A stretch of 64,000 nt of DNA from Octopus vulgaris (GCA_951406725.2 OX597830.1:15562001-15626000), one strand, 5' to 3'. Positions 1 to 13,814 are shown, counted from the stretch's first letter. Notes: generated from the letters alone by a model not told the origin. Made by a program: numbers and translations.

Positions 1-395
1 TTATTGTTTAACCCCCAGATCAGCCCTAATCGGTTAAATTTTTAATCTAAAGCATTCCAACCGTGACCATCCTGTTCTTTTTTTCTTTCTAACCTTGACG
101 CACATCTGACAACGTTATCCAATATGCTTTTATGTTTCTTTTAAGCGGATACAATGTTTGAAAGAACTTTGAGTGTTATTTCTAGCAGATCAAATTACCA
201 TGCAGAGGCTCCTTTTGACTCATGGCTGTTGTGATGGTAGTGTTGACCATTACCACCATTTTTAACCGGACATATGGTCAAGAACCATTCCAGTCGTGAT
301 TATCACATTTTATTTTCCTTATCCTATATGAGTCTTTTGCTGTGGTGTGATTCGAAGAATATCTGGCTGCTATTTCTAGCACTTCGAGTGGCCCC
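1..395 (-). mobile_element. Two degraded copies of a SINE-like interspersed repeat (ctgctagaaatagcagccaaatc family)
   Basis: The blocks ggcattccagccgtgaccatc and atttggctgctatttctagc recur at ~3930-4095, 5990-6290, 8320-8450, 49670-49920, 50980-51150 and 58930-59190, in both orientations. Confidence 0.65.
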
Positions 396-439
396 ATAAA
401 GATTTGGTTGTAATGGTTGATGATGATGAAAGGAAGGAT

Positions 440-705
440 ACTATAGTGATGTTTGTGGTCGTTAGTGAGTGAGTTTGTTTTGTTGGGATGCGATGTTGTG
501 GCGGTGATGACGATGATGATGATGATGATAATTGTGGTTGTGGTAGTGTAGTGATATAGAAGTTATAGAGCTGTTGTTGATGATGATGATGATGATGATG
601 ATGCATGTGGTGATGGTGGCGGCGGCGGTCATGTTATTCTTGGTGACAGTTATGTTGGTAGTGGTGGTGGTGATGATGGTGATGATGATGATGATGGTAG
701 TCATG
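440..705. repeat. (GAT)n/(GGT)n compound trinucleotide tract
   Basis: Direct reading; explains the poly-H/poly-I ORFs. Confidence 0.9.
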
Positions 706-897
706 TTACATTCTGACCGTAGTAACGCTGGTGATGGTAGTTACTAATGGTAACGGTACGGACAGTCACAGATGTGCAGTGGTGGTGGCGGTGGGCGCGT
801 GGTAGTGCAAGGTGACGCGCGGGATGGTGGTGAGGAGGAAGGAAAAGGAAGAAGAAAAAGAGAAAAAAACAGTGAGAAAGGGGGCGAAGGGAGAGAA

Positions 898-1190
898 AGA
901 TGGGAGAGACTGAAAGAAAGAGGGGAGGACGGGAGAGAAGGATAGATAGGAGACAGAGAGAGGGATATGTAGGAGAGAGAGAGAGAGAGAGAGAGAACGT
1001 GGGGAGTCGGAGATGGGAGAAACTGAAAGAAAGAGAGGAGGACGGGAGAGAGAGAGATAGATAGGAGACAGAGAGAGAACGTGGGGAGTCGGAGATGGGA
1101 GAAACTGAAAGAAAGAGAGGAGGACGGGAGAGATAGAGATAGATAGGAGACAGAGAGAGAGGGAGAACGTGGGGAGTCGGAGATGGGAGT
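898..1190. repeat. Purine-rich minisatellite, about 3 units of ~85-110 bp, inside a (GA)n domain (840-1390)
   Basis: Unit gatgggagaaactgaaagaaagagaggaggacgggagag...gaacgtggggagtcg starts at ~899, ~1012 and ~1094. Confidence 0.9.
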
Positions 1191-1450
1191 GCTGTGCAAA
1201 GCAGCCTCGATCTGGCGTGGCAGGAGGGAAAGACACAGAGAGAGAGAGTGAGAGAACAGCGTGTTGGAGGAAGAGAAAAAAGAGAGGGAGGGTGTATAGA
1301 GCGAATGAGCGAGCGAGCAAGAGATAGACAGAGACACAGAGAGAGACAGAGAGAGAGAGAGTGTGAGTGAGTGAGTGAGTGAGGGAGACGCTGGTGTCTC
1401 AAGTGGAGTACTAGAGAAGAAAAACGACGCTTCATCCAGCTCTCCTTCTC

Positions 1451-1492
1451 ATGGCAGAAAACTATCGTAAACTTACTTCAACTGGCTTGTGA
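1451..1492 (+). promoter_or_regulatory. Candidate uORF MAENYRKLTSTGL* whose stop overlaps the next ATG (TGATG)
   Basis: ctcATGG at 1451, TGA at 1490-1492, ATG at 1492-1494, in unique sequence between the GA and CT tracts. Confidence 0.35.
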
Positions 1493-1586
1493 TGCAATCG
1501 TCACCAGATCGCCACACGTCATTTGCAGCGAGGAAACTTTTCACTCAATATTCCAATCACTTTGAGAATTGGAATTTTAATTCCTG
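1492..1586 (+). CDS. Candidate first coding exon of an unidentified host gene (MQSSPDRHTSFAARKLFTQYSNHFENWNFNS, phase 2)
   Basis: Open frame from ATG 1492 to donor CTG|gtacgt at 1586/1587 in a CpG-containing unique island. No family recognised; could be 5'UTR. Confidence 0.4.
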
Positions 1587-1629
1587 GTACGTGTGTGTGT
1601 AGTGTGTTGTCGATGGTGCTGCGGCACCC

Positions 1630-2230
1630 CCTCACTCTCTTGCTGTCTCTCTTTTTCCCTCTCTCTCTCTCTCTCTCCTTCACTCTCTTTCTGTCTCTGT
1701 CTCTCCTTCACTCCCTCTCTGTCTCTCTCTCTCTCTCCTTCACTCTCTTTCTGTCTCTGTCTCTCTCCTTCTGTCCCTCTCTGTCTCTCTCTATCTCCTT
1801 CACTCCCTCTCTGTCTCTCACACACTCTTATATCAATCTATCACACTCTCCTAACTCCCTCCCTCCCTGTCTCCACACGTTCTTGCATCTATCGCTCTCA
1901 CACTCATCTATATATATACATATATATGTATGTATATATACGTATATGTATATTAATCTCAAGTGTTTCACGTATATATATATCGATTTCTTTTATCTCT
2001 CTTGTATCTACCTGTATATTTATCCTACACACACACCAGTCTCTCTCTCATACACACCTATATCTTCATATCTCTCTTTCCTCCACACACACACGTCTCT
2101 TTCTCTCTCTCTCTCTCACTCACTCACGTCTATCTCTCTCTTTCTCACACACATACATCTATACATACATATCCCTCTCTTTCTTTCCTACACACACACA
2201 CGTGTGTCTTTCTCTCTCTCTCTCTCATCA
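1630..2230. repeat. (CT)n-rich tract containing a ~60 bp tandem unit
   Basis: ctctctccttcactctctttctgtctctgtctct repeated from 1660 to 1820. Confidence 0.85.
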
Positions 2231-2731
2231 ATTCGTTTATGGTTTATCTTTGACCATCTCTTATTTTTCTCATTTTGTTTCCTCTCCATGAACTTGCTTC
2301 TTCAATAACAATAACAACAACAATAATAATGATAATAATAATAATAATGATAATAACTAGTAACAATAACAGAGCTACATAATGATGATTTTTCTTTGTA
2401 ACAAACACATACACAACAGAACCTAAAAAGAAGATATATACACACACACACACATACAACAATAACAACAAATTAATGTGTCCAAAATCCAAAAATCCCC
2501 CAAAACCCCAAGATCCCCATATCTCCAAAATTTCCAAGTTTTCCATGCTTTTTTGTTTTTCCAGTTCACATTCATAACAGAGATTACACAGTGAATAAAC
2601 ATCCGCCCCATCATCATCTCACACCGAAATCTTTTCTTGGCTGAGCAAGACAGACACACATACACACAGCACACACAGATGCCACTGCTGCCTCTTGCAT
2701 CTATCTATATAATAGCTCATCATCTAATGCA

Positions 2732-2772
<41 letters not shown>

Positions 2773-2814
2773 CATGTATGTTAGGGTGTACGTATGAAGA
2801 TGTTGAATAAATAT

Positions 2815-3085
2815 GCGTGTGTGCTTTATACATATATATTATGCGCTTGTCTACACTATGTGTATGTATGTATGTATGTAATTATATATATATATATATA
2901 CATATATATGTGTATGTGTGTATATAATATGTATGTATATATGGATATGATCTTTGTGTGTGTGCGTTATACATATATATATATATGTATGTATGTATGT
3001 ATGTATATATATATGATCTTTGTGTGTGTGCGTTATATATATATATTATGCGCTTGTCTACACTTTGTGTATGTATGTAATTATA

Positions 3086-3117
<32 letters not shown>

Positions 3118-3310
3118 ATGTATATATATGTGTGTGTGTATATATATATATATAATAGATGTCTGTATATATGTATATGATCTTTGTGTGTGTGCGTTAT
3201 ATATATATATATTATGCGCTTGTCTACACTATGTGTATGTATGTAATTATATATATATATCTATGTGTGTATATATGTATATATATGATCTTGTGTGTGT
3301 GTGTGTGTGC
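2815..3310. repeat. Microsatellite-derived higher-order tandem repeat
   Basis: attatgcgcttgtctacact occurs 3 times and atatgatctt(t)gtgtgtg 4 times. Confidence 0.85.
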
Positions 3311-3566
3311 GTAACAGTGGCATCGGATTCGAATGTCCTTTCCAGAAAGCTGCGTTAGTTAAATAAAAACCCCCGATGCATCTCGTGTTGTTCGTATGAA
3401 AGTTATGGTGAAGTCGTCCGTTATATACGCATATATATACCTACCTACCTACCTGTCCATAGATCTCAATATACTCACCTACATACACACACATATGATA
3501 TATATATATAGTACTAAGTAAGATAGGGCTTATGAGGGTAACCCATTACGGGATATCAGTTATCTT

Positions 3567-3611
<45 letters not shown>

Positions 3612-3769
3612 TTAAAGATGTGCGCGCGCGTGTATATTTATATGTATATAGATATATGTGTGTGTGTATGCTTATGTACATGTGTATATACGTGTGTGCA
3701 TAGACAGTCAAACGTTTTTCTCCATAGTAGTCTGTCATACGATATAGCTCACACATTTTTTCTCAAGAT

Positions 3770-3810
<41 letters not shown>

Positions 3811-3811
<1 letters not shown>

Positions 3812-3872
3812 TCTACCACTGGTATTTGAGTACTCTTTTTTCCACCTTGTTTCACATTTATGTGTTTACTCC

Positions 3873-3874
<2 letters not shown>
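3811..3874 (+). mobile_element. Short terminal fragment of a Penelope-like family embedded in (TA)n
   Basis: Diverged reverse complement of 42900-42965, which adjoins a hammerhead-like motif; flanked by (TA)n on both sides. Confidence 0.55.
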
Positions 3875-3922
<48 letters not shown>

Positions 3923-4806
3923 TATGTAGTTATTTCACCCTAGGCCACAACCACACCACATAGCCCTGACCGAGCAAACCTATGATCAAAGGCACCGCCT
4001 TTTCTTCTTTTCTCTTTGTTTTTAAGACAAGGTGTGATGTGAAGGTAATTTAGCTGCTATTTTTCTTTCATCTGGTCAGTCAACTGCGTAGCTTTCTTGT
4101 CGTTGAATCGTATGCAATTTATTTATAAACCCTGACTAGGTTTATCTAACCATGTGCTTCTCGAGCAACATGTTAACTCACCGAAATCTTCCCACTACAT
4201 TGTAATATATATGTATGTATGTATGTATGTATATATACACACATATATGCGTGCGTATGTGTGTATATGTATGTATATATATGCATATGCAATACAGTTA
4301 CGGTGTTTTTATTGTTGCCGTTCTCTGCCATATTCCGAAAATGTTGCCAGGGTTACTCGAAACGGTTGGGAGTCATTCGGTCAAATATTGTGTTTGGATA
4401 TACATACACATAGGCGCACAATTCATACAGGAGGAAGTGGCCTTTGTTTATTAAAATATTTCATAAAGGAAGCTTATTGTTCCCATATTATATGTTAATT
4501 ATTTGGCAAGTGTCATCGACTTAGGAAGTTAGTTCCCAGGGGAGTGGTTCCTGTGTTGCAGTTTTGATTGTTCGGTTGCTTCATCTTTCTTTTGTTTGTT
4601 TTTGCACCTTGGATGAAGCCATCTGAGACCTTTTTTTGAAATGGTATTAAAGCCAAGATCTCCCTTCTCACCCGTTCCTAATATACCGAGCCCCCACCTT
4701 ATAGGTCTCGTTTTTGCGGGCGCTGTACTTATTATATAAAGTTACCCGACCCCGCTGCCATTCGGCTCCTGGTTGTAGTAGTGTCTCTTGACTCCGCCTG
4801 AGATAA

Positions 4807-5115
4807 ATGGACGCCACACAGTGTCTCATTATTCCCCCACTCGCTTGTTTATCGATATCAGAATATTTGTGAAACGAATTTACTGAGCGACTAGAAAGAA
4901 CTTCCAACTGTGGGTACAGTTTCAAACTAAGACGCCATCGCTTGGACGATGAGGAGGAAGGAAGAGGTCGGCAAGTTGAAGGCAGACCAAAAACTGCTGC
5001 TACCTTGAGATCCATGAGAAGTGGCGTCCCCCGCATGGAACTAATCGATTTTGTCCGTGATATCGAACTGTTCCGTTTGAACATGAACTTATACGACGAA
5101 TGTCTTGTCTTCTAA
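4807..5115 (+). pseudogene. Possible decayed mariner transposase N-terminal region
   Basis: Frame reads YL*NEF...FKLRRHRLDDEEE...EGRPKTAAT...ELIDFVRDI, resembling the mariner HTH region (W.NEFKRGRTSL.DE.R.GRPKTA...ENID.VR..I). In-frame TGA falls where W is expected. Confidence 0.35.
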
Positions 5116-6649
5116 CACTTTGCTTCATAATTCTTTCAAGGAAAATAAAAAAGGTAATACATTCAACCCGAGCAGTTCCGTTCGCAACTGATGTGGCCTT
5201 CTGTGAAATACAATGAACACATGAAGATGCGGTTCTGTGGTAGCATTATGTGGTGTTCAAAGTTTGACATCGTAGCCTTATGTTTGTAAATATATATATA
5301 TATATATATATATGTGTCTGTATATATAGTGTCCTTTGCGTTTTAGGAGAAAAACAGATTTTGTGACTCCCATCCATGCCTTCACCAATAATATTAGTTA
5401 TGTAAATATAGTGAAATACTATTACTTTATTGCACAAAAGAAAAATAAACTGATATTTATGAGGATGTAATGATTAGATATGTTTAAAGAGCCATAAGTT
5501 GGCAGCATTTAAATGTCGTTTTTAAACACCTTTGTTGTAAGGGGTGACATCTATAACATGGTCATTTTACTCTGCATTATTGAATTACTGGTACCTTTAT
5601 TTAATCTAAGAATGAAGAAAATCGGAATATAAAAAATGCTAGTCTTAAACTATTTTAGTCTCTCTCACCATAGATGCATATAGTTTTATTTACCTTATGG
5701 TAATTGTGTATAAACCAAACCTATTCTTTCAACTTGAGATCGATAGTTAGACCAACCATGTGGCTTTTTCAGCCTCAACACGACAAGTCATACTTCATTA
5801 GCCTTCAACATCACTCAACTAATCACCTTCATTTTCACCACAACTGATAGCTTACCTTAGTCTAGCACCTACATTTCCTGCAGTTTTTTTTTTTTGTTTT
5901 TTTCTTCTTAAATATGGTTTGATTTTAACCTGTACATCGCTTCCAACTTTTCACCTGTGTGTACCTCTGCCTTAGCAAATGCCGATCTCGCTACACTTGC
6001 AATATTGTCATTCTTCAAACTATCCTATTTTGATTGATTTTAAAACACACCTTGGTTCATATCTGGTATTTGCCGAACCCTATATAATCTTGACCGAGAG
6101 GTCCGTATTTTCAAAGGTACTTCGTCCTTGATAGTCAAATCTTGATTATCAAAGACGGAACCCCATTTTGTTTACCTGAAACTATTAGATTGCCCAATCT
6201 ATCATATTTTATTTAAAACAATGGGATCTCATTTAAGTGAGGTTTGTCTGCTATTTCTAGCTGCTCGTCTGGCCGCACAGAAGTTGCTCCGTTTACTTTC
6301 TTTCTATGTCATTAGATTAGATCCCTTGTGGCCTGATGTTTTACTATACCTAATCTATCTTTCAAAACCAAATAGATTTTAAATATACTCTTAATACTTG
6401 CTATACAAAGCAAATGTTTTAATACAGAGTAAATTATTTAAAATCTAATCGAAGCAAAAAGGGGTCTGTGTCATTTCTTCTTGAAGTTAAGATTTAAAAC
6501 ATGTTATTTTTACAAATAATAATTTTCGTAATTTTTTTTTTCTCTCCTTAATTCAAATTAAAAGAATATTTATTCTTGTTAAATAGTCTTTCTTATAATA
6601 TAAATTATTTAGTAACAAGAAAATTAAAATTCTTCAATTTATAATATTC

Positions 6650-6881
6650 CTTTCTACTATAGGGCACAAGGCCTGAAATTTTGGGGGGGAGAGAGGGGGC
6701 TTGTAGATTATATCGATCCCCCAGTGCTTGACTGGTATTTATTTTATCGAATCCAGAAGTATGACAGGCAGAGTCGACCTCGGCGGAATTTGAACTCAGA
6801 ACGTTAAGACGGACGAAATGCCGCTTGGCATTTTGTCCGGCGTGTTAACGATTCCATCAGCTCGCCCCCCACCTTACCTCT
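6650..6881 (-). mobile_element. tRNA-derived SINE (ggcggcgagctggcagaa family, tail type B) with 13-bp TSD
   Basis: Reverse complement of the copies at 54-55 kb; atttataatattc at 6637-6649 and 6882-6894. Confidence 0.85.
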
Positions 6882-9800
6882 ATTTATAATATTCAGGTTT
6901 ATTTACCTCTGTTCTTTCATGTAATTTAGGAAAGGGTATTTTATTATTTTATCTCCCTACCATCTTACTAACGTGCGATTGCAATTGTCCCCTTAGTACA
7001 ATCTCTGTTGCCAGTTATATAAATTCATAAGTTCAAAAAACTTTTTCTTTTTTGCTGCTGTTTATTCTCTTGTAAAATTAGTCACTTGGAGTTTTAAAGA
7101 AACATTAGCAAGTTTGCCACTAGCCACTGTAAAAAAAAAAAAACAGTGCCAATATATATTTATTCTACCAACTGTTGAGTCAATTCCTGCTCCACCTTCT
7201 TCACCTCAGCTGTCTTCATCTCTTCTTCCCACCAGCCTGCTACTGTTTACTTCAGCAGCTGTTACCTCACAGCTTGATCTGTTTTCTATAGCCACATGTT
7301 TTTGAAAAGCGCATGCTCCTTTTTATAATCATTAACATCCTCCCCTCTTTTTTTTTCTCCTCCTTCTTCTTCTTCTTCTTCTTCTTCGTAACGCAATTCA
7401 CTTCATTCACACTTGTTTTTTCATTGTTTACACAACTATTATTAGTTTTCTAATTAATTACAGTTTTTGTTCTGCTCATCCACCCACCCCATCCTCACAC
7501 CCTCACGTAATCATTATAGACCACCAAAAATATTTTGTTTACAATAAGATATATTTTAGAGTGCTTTTGGTCCACCAGATGAATCGATCGAGATTCGGAG
7601 AATAGTTGGAATCATATATCGACTAATTTTAACAAAACTGTAACTGGAGGTTAAGTTATCCTGGTCACTACTGCAGGGGTAGGGCAACTGAACAATTAGG
7701 GTCAACTAACGTGTCCTAGTCATCATTTGGCTGTCCAGCAAACTATGTATTTGTGCCTCGCAGTTTCCCGTTCTTCTGTGCTTAAACTAGCGCCTGGACA
7801 TTCGTCTAACTAGGTTAGCTGCTACAACACCTGACTGATTGACTCTTTTCTGAAAGGTCACCCATCTAAGTGTCAACCATGTGCTTGTTGTGCCAGCCTG
7901 CCTGTCTTGTAGCAGCTGTAAACTAAACAGAAATACACAATATGTATTACCTTCTCTCTATAGCCGTTCATTTCTCAACAAATTTCATAGTCTCGGATTT
8001 CGGTGGAAGCTAATTATTTAACGACTTTAACACGTATTAATGTATGCAGCAGGGCAGATAATCTCTTACACGATATATCATCTAACCTCGGTGCATTGGG
8101 GAAAAAAAAAAATAATATTGCGAAGTTGGTAGTAGGCCAAGACACACGTGAGAGATGAGGTAGTTGTATGGAGAGCTTTAAAAATGTCCGTCCAGGTAGA
8201 TAAGTGAGACTACACACACACACACACACAGAGTTTGGCAAACTTGTTCCAACCCATGTCATCGTGTAGCAGGAAGACACACGTCCACTTGTGGTCACTT
8301 AACCTTCTAATACTAGAAGTCAAATCACCCTCTACTGTCTTAAGAAAAACGGAAAGACGTAATAGGTGAGAGGTAGTTTTTGACTGATGAAAACTGGATG
8401 GTCACAGCTGGAATGTCTAACTGCTTGATGTGGAGCTAAACAGCAACGTAATGAAACGAAAACTCATTTTAACACAATTATTTATCAGATTTTTAAAATC
8501 ATTTTATATTTCGAATTTATAAGATTTATTTTACAATTTCTGATATTTATTTATTGAAAAGAAAATAAATAAGTTTTTAAAATGAATTTTATTTTAAAAT
8601 TTTCATTTCTTCAGTTTGGCTTACTTGAAGCAGATTGTAAATATCTTTATTCTTACCAAACTTGGAATGGAAGTAATTGAATTTCTTTTCACATTTAGAT
8701 TTAACACATCTTTAAATATGTGAAATTATTTTTCATTCCGATGTTTTGAAGTGTATATTTTTATTCAGTTAAAAAGGAGAAGCATTAGTAATATTCCTCA
8801 AGACTGAGGTAAAACAGACATTTATTTTCTTACAAACAATAACATTAAATGAGAAAGCCCTTCTCTGCATTACCACTTGATTTGCTAGAAGCAACAGACA
8901 TGTCTCCTTTACACCACACCCTATCATTTAAAAAAGAAAATACAGTAGGTAATGTAGTCCCAGAAAACAAAACGGGATGGCCTTGGCTCAAATGCCTCTG
9001 ATCAAAGGTCAGCTCGATTAAGGCTGGCACAAGGCTTAACAACAACCCTTATTGAAAAATTAAGAAAATTTACTCTATTCCAAAAACAAGCTTGGTTTTG
9101 TCATTTTGTATGCTTGTCTGTGTCATCATTCTGAAAACCCTACAGCTTTATGAAAAATTTTGGGGTGCCAAGATTGAATTATCAATATAAGGATGAGGTC
9201 CTTCATGTTTTATACCCGATTCATCTATTCTATGTATTTTGCATAAAAATTTCTTTAACATTGGTCCAAAATTTGATATTGCAAAATTTCTGTTACTCTG
9301 TTTATTGAAAATTTTAATTTAAAAATTTCGTTTTTAATTTTTATCTATATTTATCGATATTTTGGCTAAGTTGCCTCAACTGTGGAAATAAAGTAAATTA
9401 TAGAAAGAAAAAAAAACTTATGTGGAGACACTGGTTGAATGTTATATGGAGCCACAATTTTTCCAAATATGGTTAAAAAGGCAAAATTCATATATATATA
9501 CTTTTAATAATTTTAATTTGTTTCTACTTCATTTGCAAAGTTAATTGGGGAGGAGCCATAATTGCTGTCTGTGTGTGTATTTGTATTTGTGTGTGTGTGT
9601 GCGCATGCATGGATGGTGGAGAATAATTGCTTTTTCCAAACAATTCTAATCATATTTCTCAAAATTCTAAAATGATAAATAATTGATTTGATTTTCTGAG
9701 ATTGGTTAAAATAAATAAATCTTACTCAAAATGATTATTTTTTTTTTTTAATGTTTCTTAAAACATTATCTCTATCTTCAGAAGGAAAATCATGTTTTTC

Positions 9801-10384
9801 TTAGCAAGAATTCCTCTAAGTAAACAACAGAAAATAGATAAACGGTGCTAATATTATGTAGTTTTAATGCTGCTTCCATCCATCAAATTGTCACCTTCAC
9901 CAGGAGTCCACAAAAGAGTAGCTGCTGACCCAGTCAATGTAAATTGCTTTTGAATAAATAAATAGAATTTTCCTCTGATATATTCTCCTCAGAACTAGCA
10001 TTGCCAATTCCTTCAGTGCATAACATATATTAGTTATTTCCCTCCCTGCTCTCGCGTCTACAGCATGCTCCTCCTCTTTAGTATCAGAACAGATACCTCC
10101 TCAATCAGTGCAAGTCACAGGTCCCAACTTTCAGCATCTCCTCCTTTCTATCCCTCTCCGTCTCTCTCTGCTATTCTTAGCAGCAGCCTATTGCTTTACT
10201 CTCCTGCAAATCTCTTTCAGACTAGCTCTCTTCATTTAATCCATTAATCCTTAAAAGCGCTGCCATTAATGGTAGACCTCTGTCAACTACAGTTGTGATC
10301 TCCACTGGAGCTTTCTCATGGAAGGAATTTTACTTTGATGATGAAATTTGAATCTGTTTTTCCTGTAACTGATCCCCAAAGCTT

Positions 10385-10428
10385 ATGGATCACTATCTAC
10401 AGAGTGGTTCTCGGAGGCAGCGGCCTAT
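10385..10428 (+). CDS. Candidate alternative first coding exon MDHYLQSGSRRQRP (phase 2)
   Basis: cttATGG start and consensus donor AT|gtgagt at 10428/10429, preceded by ~350 bp of unique pyrimidine-rich UTR-like sequence. Confidence 0.45.
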
Positions 10429-11237
10429 GTGAGTGCATTGTGGAACTTAGTTGTTCAAAGATAGGTTCTTTTATTCTTTACGGTTGTTGTTGGCAAGCTA
10501 CATTCAAAGATCTCCCTCTCCATCTCACTTAGACATATTATTTATAGCATCACCTTAAACATTTACTCATATTCTTTCCCATTTTCAGTGTTTATATCTC
10601 AATACTTAATCGATGCCTTATTAATGTTGTTACCAGCATTGGATTATGCTAGTTCTCTTTTATTTTAAAGTTTGTTTCGAGATAACTTACATTTTATTTT
10701 GTTGTTTGTTTAGTTGATTTAGAAAAATATTGGATGAACATTTTATTTGTTTATTGTTTATATATTAATTTTTTTCTTTTAATTGTTAGTAATCTCTAAA
10801 TAATTTTCTAACTGATGTTTATATACACAATCATTTTATTACCTGCGACTTCGTTTCTTCAATACCCACTCCTCATACACACACACACTCACAGACACTG
10901 AATACATGAATTGTTTGAGATAAAAGAAATAGCAGCTATGTGTTAGTTTCTTTGATGTTCTCCAACGCCATCAATACTAAACTACTAAAGAACTAGCTAA
11001 ACTTTAATTTCACCTGTGTTAGCTAGTAAATAAACACTAGCAATTAAACTGAACAATCCTTGATAAAGCTAGGTTTATAAACCCAGTAAACCTTCTCACA
11101 ACTTTAAGGATTTGTCAATTTGCGTGCAAGTTTTTTATCGTAATATTTCAGTGAGTAATCTATCAGTTAATCTCTCTGTATGTATAAATGTGTGTGTGTG
11201 TGTATCTCTCTCTCTTGCTCTCTTTCTATGTGCATAT

Positions 11238-11268
<31 letters not shown>

Positions 11269-11699
11269 TTATGTGTGTGTATGCATATATGTGTATATCT
11301 GTGTACATATCAATATATAATTCTTGCAATCCATTCCCTGCCATTTAACACTTTAGGCCATTCTTGGCACCATGCCCTGTCAAATTTCCGCGGCACGCTA
11401 GGTGGAAAGAGTCTGCTTGTCCCTTGCTCTCACACTACGCAGTTTCTTGTGGGGGCAAGGGACACAAAGTGGGCCATATAACCCTCTTAGTACAATATAG
11501 CTGATTCTAAGAGAATAAGACAAGGGGCATTAGAAAAAGTTGGACCCACTGGCTGACTTGTAATCCAGTTTTTGAAATTACATGCAAGGCCAAGTTGATC
11601 TCGGTGAGATTTCGACTCACAACGCAACGAGCACTAACACTTTACTGCGCAACCTCTGTCCAATGATTTAACGACTCCATTAGTCAATCAATATGATAT

Positions 11700-11850
11700 T
11701 ATCTGTCTGTCATCTGCAAGCACACATGTGCATATATGCATGTGTTTGTGTGTGTGTGTGAATGTGTATGTGTGTGTGTGTGTAAAGAGATGTAGATTTG
11801 TATACCTATGCATGTATGTGTGTATATGTATGTATATATATATCTATATG

Positions 11851-11883
<33 letters not shown>

Positions 11884-11961
11884 CTGTACACAGATATACA
11901 TATGTGCATGTGTGTATATGTATATACATGCATATATATATATTAGTATATGCATGTATGC

Positions 11962-12011
<50 letters not shown>

Positions 12012-12240
12012 GTACACAGATATACATATATATATATATATGTGTATATGTACACAGATATACATATGTGCGTGTGTGTGTATGTATATACATGCATATA
12101 TATATATATATTTGTATAAGCATATATGCATATATATATATATATATATATATAGATAGATAGATAGATAGATATCTTGAAGGGGGGAGTCTATATTTGT
12201 GTATGTTTGTGTGTATATGTGTGTGTTGTGTGTATACACA
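11700..12240. repeat. (TA)n/(TG)n compound microsatellite with internal tandem unit
   Basis: tgtacacagatatacatat repeated 3 times. Confidence 0.9.
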
Positions 12241-12589
12241 TGGATAAGCCAGTGGGTCCTTGTTCACTTGGGCCTTCTCAATGAGTTTAACTCTACTATC
12301 ACTATAGACTTATATCAACAGTAAATGCTCCGTCCTTATTCTTAAAGTGCTTTAAAGATGATTACCATATTTTAACATGTGTATTCGTGTGTGTGTGTGT
12401 GTGCTTGAGTACTAATTGTGTTTGATGTAGTCAATGGGTAGAAAAGGAGTGTAAGGGTGTGAGAGCCAAATGAACCTGGATACCTTTGCATTATTTCTGC
12501 TCAGCAACACTAGGCTAAAAAGGTACCAGATGTGTTGGATTCGGTTAACAACTAGTGAAGAAATTGTTTCACAAAGTTAGATGTACATG

Positions 12590-12630
<41 letters not shown>

Positions 12631-12708
12631 GATAGATTGATAGACATATATATGTATATATATATATTACATATCTGTGACTGAAGCCATATTCATAAAT
12701 ATGCAGGC

Positions 12709-12751
<43 letters not shown>

Positions 12752-13186
12752 CATACACAAACTCAGAAGCAAGGAGAGGTACATGTATATGTGAAAATGC
12801 ATGTGTGTACATGCGTGTGGTTTTGTATATCTACATTTGTTTCTATATGTGTGTATGCATGCATACACACCTATATTTATGCATAATGGGGAGTGTATAT
12901 ATGTTGTGTGTCAATGTATGTCTCAATATAACATGTATATATATTTATGTAAAAAGTAAAATTTATATATATTTTCATATGCTTATATATATTTAAGTAA
13001 TGATTAACAATTTTATATGGGTATGTATATGCATAAAGTAAAACATGTTTATATTTGTTTGTATATAAGTATGAATATATAAATGCATGCACAGAAATAC
13101 TCATATATACATGTACACAATTGTATATATTTTATATTCACATTTATGTATTTCTTTACATATGTATATATCAATATACCTTTATC

Positions 13187-13228
<42 letters not shown>

Positions 13229-13362
13229 ATATATTTAGTTGTGTGTACATATGTGCACATATATATGTATACATATACATATATATGTATATTCTTGTAT
13301 ACGTATTTGTATATATGTCTGTGCATATAATTATGTGGGTCTGTGTTTATACACACACACAT

Positions 13363-13670
13363 GGTGTAGGCATAGGTATTTGCTCAGAAGTTTGCTTCCC
13401 AACCACAGGGTTCCAGGTTCTGTCCCACTGCATGTTATCTTGGGCAAGAATTGATAGTTACACCATATACATACATGCCTACATATGTATATGGTTCTGT
13501 GTGTGTTTGTGTCTTTATGCTACTCCCCCCCCCACCATCTCTGTGCTTGGCAACCAGTTTTGGTGTTTACATCCCGTCACTTAGCTGTTCAACAAAAGAG
13601 ACCAATAGAATAAGTACTGGGTTTCATAAAGAGTTCTGGGGTTGATTCATGTGAATAACATTCTACAAGG
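13363..13670 (+). mobile_element. Degraded tRNA-derived SINE (cttcccaaccacatggttc family)
   Basis: Matches 41512-41965 and the reverse complement of 44073-44473. Confidence 0.75.
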
Positions 13671-13699
13671 AGAGGACAAAAGTTATATTTATATGTTAA

Positions 13700-13780
13700 A
13701 TAATGATGATAATATATATATATATATTATACATATATATATATATATCATCATCATCATCATCATCATCATCATACATA

Positions 13781-13814
<34 letters not shown>

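Noticed and set aside
4668-5084. 138-aa minus-strand ORF
   Set aside because: No recognisable domain; it is the antisense shadow of the + strand remnant.
4807-5115. ATG...in-frame TGA...80 more codons as a selenoprotein or readthrough gene
   Set aside because: No Sec-type motif or evident SECIS; the mariner-like GRPKTA context explains the TGA as a decayed Trp codon.
8157-8178. tgaggtagttgtatgg resembling let-7
   Set aside because: Only a partial match and no precursor hairpin.
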